This document shows positions 55,675 to 64,000 of a DNA stretch of 64,000 bases, piece by piece. How positions within the stretch are numbered: the stretch's first letter is position 1; each line of letters starts with the position of its first letter. A program made the translations under genes and the position numbers. The DNA is taken from contig NC_043000.1 in assembly GCF_006345805.1 (NCBI RefSeq), positions 129,952,001-130,016,000 on the forward strand, given 5' to 3'. A model generated the notes under the pieces. The model was given only the letters and a program-made list of their open reading frames with translations, made no database searches and was not told where the DNA came from. This stretch comes from Octopus sinensis (Eukaryota).

Positions 55675-55820
55675 CATAAGCATGCATAGACAACCTTTCC
55701 ATCCTGGAACATACATTGACACATCAACCTATAGGAGGTACTTATATAAGCAGAAACGCGTTTTAATAAATTCATGTATGCGTAAATAATTGTACATACA
55801 CAACAGTACTGACACACCCC

Positions 55821-55862
<42 letters not shown>

Positions 55863-56944
55863 CACACACACACACACACACAACATAATCACTCACATGT
55901 GCACACACATATATGGAAGAAAGTATGAGTATGTGTATGAGTATTTTTTGTGTATGTGTATTTACACAATGCATATACATATGTTCACACACACACATAT
56001 ATATATATAGACATATATCTACACATATACACACACACGCACGTGTATTATCTATCAAACTCTATATGTACGTATTGATATATATATATATATATATGTG
56101 TATGTGTGTGTGTGCATGTATGTATATACATCACTCAACAAAGTCGCTGACGCTTTACTATCGATCAATGTATTTTAGAAGTATCTCATATTGAAAAAAG
56201 AATAAATTGATACATTGACGTAGCTCACTTATTATCAGCGCTTCTGGTACATTCATTGTGAGTTATTTACACGGAAACATTTTTTTATAGTTTTTTTTAC
56301 ATTTGCAGATAATTGGTGCCTAAAATTCCTCGTTTCGATAAATTTAAGAAACGCCATCTTAGGTAAACGTTTAGACGAGTATGTCATTTAGAAGAACCAT
56401 CCAATTACCGGTTTATTCTATTTTTGCTAGAATCTATGTATTAATAAATTAATCGCTAAAATGAGACGAGCGAAGAGGCATGAACGAATGATTGAAAGCC
56501 GTATCAAATAGCTTACGGTGGAAAGTTTAAATTCCCTTTGTTCTAGGCTCGAATCACAGTTGCGTTAATTTTTTTTTTGCATTTCATTTCTCTGAGAACT
56601 ATAAGAACATTTCCAACGTGTTCTCAAGTCGGTGAAACTGATTATAGCGAGTGTACCAAAACTGACGCACCAAGATTAAAACTCATGTAATATATATCGC
56701 ACATAGTAATGAGAAAAATAATGTAATACAGATAAAACGTCAAATAGTTCAGTGCGTACTTCTGGCCTACTCTGTACAAGTTTTTATCCATCTTCACATA
56801 TTAGTATGTTTAAGCCTAATGCAAATGTGTTTTAGAAAGCAATGAGTGCAGTGAATGAAACAGAACTGATTGAGTACCCAACGAACTGTATCATTTTATA
56901 GTAATTAGTATAGTATAGGTTGTGAACTAAAATATGCTTTAACA

Positions 56945-57100
56945 GGCACAGGTATAGCTATAACGTTAAGAAGTTAATTTTAGCAATAATATGCTTTAAC
57001 GTTCGATCCGACAACACAGTTCCTTGGGCAGGTATGGCTACTGAAGACTCGAGTTGATTGATGCGTTGTGAAAGATATCTGGCAGACGAAACCTAGCTGC
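56945..57100 (+). mobile_element. Decayed SINE family A head
   Basis: ggcacaggtatagcta..gttcgatccg..ccttgggcaggt. Confidence 0.5.
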
Positions 57101-57134
57101 ACGCGCGCGTGCGCGTGTGGCCATGCGCGCGTGC

Positions 57135-57893
57135 GTTCTTTAATAGTCCTTTCCACTATAGACACAAGGTCTGAAATATTTTGGAAGTGCTAAACACCGA
57201 AAGGATGAAAGTCGACCCCAGCAGCATATGAACTCAGAATATAAAGACGGACGAAATGTCGCTAAGCATTTTGCCCGGCATGCTAACAATACTCCCAAAT
57301 GGTTTCAAATTTTTCCACAAGGGCACCAACTTTGGGGGTAGGAGATGAGTCGGTTACATCGATCCCTATGTTTAACTGGTACTGATTTACTCGACTCCTA
57401 AAGGATGAAAGGCAAAGTCGACCTCGGCGGAATTTGAACTCAGAACGTAGCGACGGGCGAAATACCTATTCTTTATTACCCACAAGAGGCTAAACACAGA
57501 GGGGACAAACAAGGACAGACATAGGAATTAAGTCGATTACATCGACCCCAGTGCGTAACTGGTACTTAATTTATCGACCCCGAAAGGATGAAAGGCAAAG
57601 TCGACCTCGGTGGAATTTGAACTCACAACGTAAGGCAGACGAAATACCTATTTCTTTACTACCCACATCGACCCCATATCGACCCCAGTGCGTAAATGTA
57701 CTTATTTAATCGACCCCAAAAGGATGAAAGGCAAAGTCGACCTCGGCGGAATTTGAACTCAGAACGTAAGGCAGACGAAATACCGCTAAGCATTTCGCCC
57801 GGCGTGCTAACGTTTCTGCCAGCTCGCCGCGACGGGTGAAATACCGTTAAGCATTTCGTCAGCTTGCTAACGATTGCGCCATTTCGTCGCCTT
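57135..57893 (-). mobile_element. SINE family B cluster: a deleted copy (57135-57295), then a B1 copy containing two nested B2 units
   Basis: gatgaaaggcaaagtcgacctcgg occurs three times. gcgacgggYgaaatacc is duplicated at 57450-57466 and 57829-57845. Confidence 0.9.
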
Positions 57894-58507
57894 TGTGCAC
57901 TTATAATAAAATGGATGAAGAAATGCTTAACATTCTTGAATGGAATAAGAGTTTATAATTTAGTACTAATGTTTTCTTACTGGTGAATTAAGTCAACTAT
58001 TTTGGAAATACAAACGCAAATGACATTATGTCATAATAGCTGTTCAGAATGTTAACTTCTGAATTGCTCCCTAATTCTTCAACGTCAAATAATTAGTAGC
58101 AAATTACTATATTAAATTCTATGAAATTATGTGTGAGTGTATATAATTATTTCGGTTAAACATAGCGATACTAATAACCTGGTCTTATACAGATGGTCCA
58201 TTAACATTTTTAAAATGCGTTAGTCGAGTACAGAGCAGTAATAAGAAATTAAATAAATGACAAAGGAATGAGAAATTATATCCTGAACTTAATTAGCTTA
58301 TAACGTGTCTGCATCAAAAGCAGTGCACTCGTAACTGAGTGCATGTGTATCACCCTATATCCTTATTGGAACTTCAAAAATGAAGAGCATCAGCAACAAC
58401 AACACACACGTACCTGTATATGTATGTACATTTAGTTGGAAAATGGCTCCATATATGACCGTGTGTGTGTGTGTGTATATATATATATATTATATATATA
58501 TATATAA

Positions 58508-58633
58508 TTTACCCTCACAGGTACAAGTCTGGACAAGGTTGTTTATGGAAGACCAGCAGGCGCCCATGCATACCGGCCTCTCCTCTCCACGCCACCACTG
58601 AGATCCAAGGGAAAGGCAACGATCGATACAGCT
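58508..58633 (-). mobile_element. Internal fragment of the tail-Z SINE (inverted relative to 60089-60216)
   Basis: ttaccctcacaggtacaagtctggacaaggttgtttatggaagaccagcag..ccaagggaaaggcaacg..gatacagct. Confidence 0.85.
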
Positions 58634-58640
58634 ATATACG

Positions 58641-58641
<1 letters not shown>

Positions 58642-58711
<70 letters not shown>

Positions 58712-59720
58712 TGAGAATGTGTCTGTCTGTCTGTCTGTGTGTTTCCCTGAAACTTGAGAACTACACAACCAATTTCATTCAAATTTTACACATGCTTTAC
58801 TTAGGGTCCATGTAGTTTCATGGGCAAAAGCAAAAGTTCAGCTTCTTGCCTAGGGCGAGCCCATAGCAATATCATATCTTCTCCACTATTTCAGTATTAC
58901 ATGTTAAAAGTGAAACAAAAACATTTCTCTATTTTATGTCAGATACTTTCACTTTAACAATAAAAATTAGAGATAATAATAACAATTGAATTATATGTAG
59001 TAAGTAATAATTAAAATCAAACTAAAGTATAATATATTCGTAACATAACAAAAGTAAAAATAGCAATTGGTATAAAATTGCATCAATGACTTGAACTTGA
59101 ATAAATGGTTTCACATGAATGGGAATAAATTAAAAATAAAATTAGCGTTCAGAAATGGAATTGTCCAGATGGATAATAAAAAATTAAATTAAAGAATACA
59201 CTATTGCCTATAAAGTATATAATGTAGAGAAAAAAGATTCGAACTCCTGGAGGAAAGCACCATTGAATAGTATCTTGGTGCGACTATGAAAGATATCTAA
59301 CCAGAGACGGTATTCGCCACAATAGAATCAAGGTTCGAGTCAACGGAGCGTGCTAGGGAGTACTCGACTCGAACTTGCAAAGTGGAAATATCTTATTATT
59401 ACCTTTATATCTGGGACGTAGGACGTCCCGGATAAAAAATTTAAAATGTCCCCCTCCCCAGCAGTAGAGGTAGGCTGGATTGTAGACACACTTCTATACA
59501 AGAGGGAGGACAAGATACAATTGATCGAAATTGCTTGAGACGGGCTTACAATTCCAGTCTGTTATATATTTTGAGTATTGTTATCACTAGCGATATCAAG
59601 ATATAACTTTGTATTTTGTATTTTATGTGTAGATGTATATATATATAGATGTACATGTAATATGTACACATATATACATGCACTAGCACTATGACCCTGC
59701 AACGACGGGTCATAATGCTA

Positions 59721-59721
<1 letters not shown>
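58642..59721 (+). mobile_element. Non-autonomous Helitron
   Basis: The 5' end ctatata..tataaaactgagaatgtgtctgtctgtc..ccaatttcattcaaattttacaca resembles invertebrate Helitron 5' ends, although the canonical TC is not intact. The 3' end has a GC-rich hairpin atgaccc-tgcaacgac-gggtcat, then CTAG at 59718-59721 followed by T. Confidence 0.75.
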
Positions 59722-59768
<47 letters not shown>

Positions 59769-59815
59769 GAAATTTGTTGATTTTATTAAATTAATTATAT
59801 TTCACCCTTTATCTG

Positions 59816-59922
<107 letters not shown>

Positions 59923-59932
59923 CGTGTTATGC

Positions 59933-60247
59933 GAAGGCGTATGTGGTTAGAGCGTCGAGCTTACGATCGTGAGGTTGGGAGTTCGAATCCCGGACCGGGA
60001 TGAATGTTGTGTTCTTGAGCAAGACACCTTTTCTCACGTTGCTCCAGTTCACTCAGCTGTAGAAATGAGTTGCGACGTCACAGGTGCCAAGCTGTATCAG
60101 CCGTTGCCTTTCCCTTGGATATCACTGGTGGCGTGGAGAGGGGAGGCCGGTATACATGGGCAACTGCTGGTCTTCCATAAACAACCTTGCCCAGACTTGT
60201 ACTTGTGAGGGTAAATTTTCTAGGTGCAATCCCACGGTCAGTCATGT
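59933..60247 (+). mobile_element. SINE with D-type head and tail Z
   Basis: tggttagagcg..gagttcgaatccc..ttgtgttcttgagcaagacac..cacgttgctccagttcactcagctg..aggtgcaatcccacggtcagtcatg. Confidence 0.85.
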
Positions 60248-60568
60248 ATTTCTCTATATTGGTATAAAATTGTGCGTAGTGTTACATTTCTTCCATCAAC
60301 AACATAATTTACTGATCCATAAAATAAATATTCAAAATGAAATTACTTTGGCCTATATGACCGACGAAATGACTTTGAAAATTCTGCATCGACACCATTG
60401 TAATCAGAGGACTCAAACCAGCTGAATAGGAAAAGCGTATATAAACCTTGAGAGATGAAGTTATGCTGCTATACTGCAAAATTTGGCCTTTTCATCAACC
60501 CCAAAACCAAGCGGCATCTTTTTGTAAAATATGAAGGGAACTCATTGGCTTTATATAACTTATACAAA

Positions 60569-61187
60569 CAGGAGTGGCTGTGTGGTAAGTAGCTTGCTTA
60601 CCAAACACATGATTCCGGGTTCAATCCCACTGCGTGCACCTTGGGCATGTCTCCTCTGCTATAGCCTCGGACCGACCAAAGCCTTGTGAGGGGATTTTAT
60701 AGAGGAAACTGAAAGAAGCCCGTAGTGTATATATATATATATATTTAAAATCGACCCCAGAACTTAGTCTTAGTAAACCTAGTACCTATTATATCGGTCT
60801 ATTTTGCCCAACCGCTAAGTTACAGAGACGTAGATACACCAATATCAGTTGTCAAGCGATGGTGGATGGGGGGACAGACAAAGACACAGAAATAAATAAA
60901 TAAATATATATATAATATATATATATAACAAATAAATATATATATATATATATACATATATTTATTCATTTCTGTGTCTGTCCCCCCATCCACCATCGCT
61001 TGACAACAGATATTGGTGTGTCTACGTCTCCGTAACTTAGCGGTTGGGCAAAAGTGACCGATAGAATAAGTACTAGGTTTACTAAGAATAAGTACTGGGA
61101 TCGATTTTTTTCAACCAAAGACGATGCTCCAGCATGGACGCAGTCAGATGATTGAAACAAATAAAAGAGTAAGAAGAGTAAAAGAGA
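60569..61187 (+). mobile_element. SINE family A carrying an internal inverted duplication of its own 3' body
   Basis: Head at 60569-60725, inverted body copy at 60747-60900, TA tract, then forward body and tail at 60958-61187. Confidence 0.9.
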
Positions 61188-61289
61188 ATCACAAGTATCT
61201 TACGTTGATGTTGTAGTTGCTTTTAGCAGATCCACGATGAATAGATTTTTATCTAGTGTCTCAAATTTCAAATAAGTAGAGTGTAGTTT

Positions 61290-61890
61290 TAAGGCAGCGA
61301 GCTGGCATAATTATTAGAGAATATAGAATATAGAGTGTGGAATCGTAGGCGCAGAAGTGGCTTTGTGGTAAGTAGCTTGCTTACCAACCACATGGTTTCG
61401 AGTTCAGTCCCACTGCGTCACAACTTGGGCAAGTGTCTTCTAGTATAGCCTCGGGCCGACCAAAGCCTTGTGAATGGATTTGGTAAACGGAAACTGAAAG
61501 AAGCCCGTCGTATATATGTATATATATGTGTGTATGTTTGTGTGTCTGTAATTGTCCCCGCAACATCGCTTGACAACCGATGGTGGTGTGTTTACGTCCC
61601 CGTAACTTAGCGGTTCGGCAAAAAGAGCCCGATAGAATAAGTAATAGGCTTACAGAAAAAAGTCCTGGGGTCGATTTGCTCGACTAAAGGCGGTGCTCCA
61701 GCATGGCCGCAGTCACATGACTGAAACAAGTAAAAGTGTAAAAGAGTAATTAGAGCGTCAGACTAAACGTTTAGCAGCAAAGCTTCCGGACTTTTTATGT
61801 TCTAAATTCATATCCTACCGATGTGAACTTTACCCTTCATCCATATAATAATAAGGTATCAGTAAATCACTGGGGTCGACGTTATCAACC
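61290..61890 (+). mobile_element. Decayed SINE B interrupted by a full-length SINE A (61348-61748)
   Basis: aaggcagcgagctggcataattattagag lies before the SINE A, and taattagagcgtc..gttctaaattc..cttcatcc..actggggtcgacg lies after it. Confidence 0.8.
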
Positions 61891-62309
61891 TGTGTTCCTT
61901 TCAGGGGAAATGTGATTTCGGTTACTTATGCACCATGAAAACCGGGTAACAGGGCCTTATGAGTTCACAAGCTCAATGAAATGTGTATTTTCAGTGAAGG
62001 TTAAATGATATTTCTCACAAAACTTTGACAACATATTCATACTACTTCCTTGGTTCGAAGTCGAATCGAAGTAATTCTTACGTACACAGTGTCAACGTTC
62101 TGGTATCGATTTGTGTAATTCCTGAATTCCAAAAGAAAATTAATTTCTGAATATATTATTAATATCACCTCATTAGCTTGCCAGCCTGTATTAAACCTGG
62201 ATCTGTGGAAACGAAGATATTAAATCAAGCATTAAAGCAGCAAAAGAAATTCTATCAAGTTACTGATTGTATTTTCGCTGGTTTAGATCAATTTAACAGG
62301 TATATGATA

Positions 62310-62430
62310 AACATATACGTATATACATACATATACATACATACATATACATACATATACATACATACATACATACATATACATACATACATACATACAT
62401 ATACATACATACATACATACATATACATAC

Positions 62431-62461
<31 letters not shown>

Positions 62462-62477
62462 CATATATATACATACA

Positions 62478-62518
<41 letters not shown>

Positions 62519-62839
62519 ACATATATATACATACATATATATATATATATATATACATACATATAATATATATATATATATATACATAGATATATCCTAT
62601 ATATCCTATGCGTACATATACATGTTATCTACCTACCTATCTCTCTCTCTCCTTATATATATATATATATAAGCATATATACACGAAAGATTTCGCAGTG
62701 TACTGGCCAGTAATTTGATCTTAGATCATGAAAATTTAATCAATACTTTGATGGAATTTCACTGCTGTTCTAAAGCATGATTTAATACTTTTCTTCATTG
62801 AGTCAGATTTAGTGTGAGATCGAAAAGGAATATATGTGA

Positions 62840-62893
<54 letters not shown>

Positions 62894-63035
62894 CCTATCT
62901 ATATGTCTATCTACCTATTTATATGTCTATCTACCAATTTATATGTCTATCTACCTATCTATATGTCTATCTACCTATCTATAAGTCTATCTATCTATAT
63001 TTCTATCTATATGTCTATCTATCTATCTATATATG

Positions 63036-63068
<33 letters not shown>

Positions 63069-63300
63069 ATATCTATCTATCTATCTATCTATCTATGTCT
63101 ATCTATCTATGTCTATCTATCTATCTACCTACCTACTTACCTACCTACCTACCTACCTACCTACCTACCTACCTATCATATATTTGTCTATCATCTGCCT
63201 ATCTATCTATCATTTATCTGTCTATCATCTACCTGTCTGCCTGTCTGTTTGTCTATCATCTATCTATCTATCTATCTATCTGTCTGTCTCTACCTACCTA
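62310..63300. repeat. Compound microsatellite blocks (TACA/TA at 62310-62600; TATC/TACC at 62838-63300)
   Basis: Directly visible. Confidence 0.95.
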
Positions 63301-64000
63301 CTTAACTGTTCATGAATATTTGAATATATATATATATGAGTTTGTATGAATATATGACTGTAAATACACACACAACTTTCTATGAGTGAATTTTTCTGTC
63401 TGCCTGTTTCTACGTGTGCTGTCACATATTGCTGATGGAGAGAATAAATTATGTTTTCCTTTTCTAAATATCTAATCTCAGGTGTTGAATGCTATTTTCG
63501 TTAGCTGATTTTGTATTTTAAGCGCCCGCAGAGAATTTCATCGACGCCAGAAGCCATTTTATTTGATGTTAATAATAACATTGAGCCCCTATTTAGCGTA
63601 TTAATATGAACAATAAATGAAAATATTTCAATTTAAGATCGTATTTGCATATATAATTCTACGAGATTAATAGTTTGATTCACTGGTCGAGCCTCCAGTC
63701 GATAGAAAACAATACACGTGAGACTGAAGTTTGGTTTTCATAACATGAAATTTGATTGGAATACCACGAAACTCTATTTTAATAGACATTACTTTTAAGA
63801 ACAATATTTCATATTTAAATCAAATATTGAAACCACCTTCAAATAAAATGGAGAATTGTACCGGTTCTGTGTATACAAGTTACAAAGGTGTTTGTCTGCA
63901 AATATATATTTCCTATATGCAAAATCAAGCCTCAATACAGACTCAGATAAACATATACATATATATACAGATAGACATATACATACTTACATACATATAT

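Noticed and set aside
59330-59376. Short inverted repeat gttcgagtc...gactcgaac resembling a tRNA B box
   Set aside because: There is no cloverleaf or A box, and the 9-10 bp arms lie inside the Helitron.

Overview
AT-rich, microsatellite-dense eukaryotic non-coding DNA, either a very long intron or intergenic. The repeat inventory resembles that of Octopus genomes (inference from recalled repeat sequences, not a database result). I find no intact protein-coding gene, and almost all long ORFs in the track are microsatellite translations. The window holds roughly 35-40 copies of several tRNA-derived SINE families (labelled A-F here), decayed non-LTR retrotransposons (CR1/L2-group, RTE, R4/Dong-like, possibly L1/Tx1-like), a decayed Helitron RepHel ORF, a non-autonomous Helitron, Penelope-like inverted repeats and a tRNA-Gly pseudogene. 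The most notable signals are: (i) a consensus-quality AG|GTAAGT candidate recursive splice site on the minus strand at 28437/28438; (ii) a LINE whose 3' tail matches the dominant SINE A tail, with a covarying 3' stem-loop; (iii) SINE B copies joined at the same nucleotide inside other SINE B copies; (iv) head/tail module shuffling among SINEs; (v) many long inverted repeats that could form dsRNA if transcribed. None of this proves a new biological system. These are testable candidates, and the boundaries of decayed repeats are approximate.
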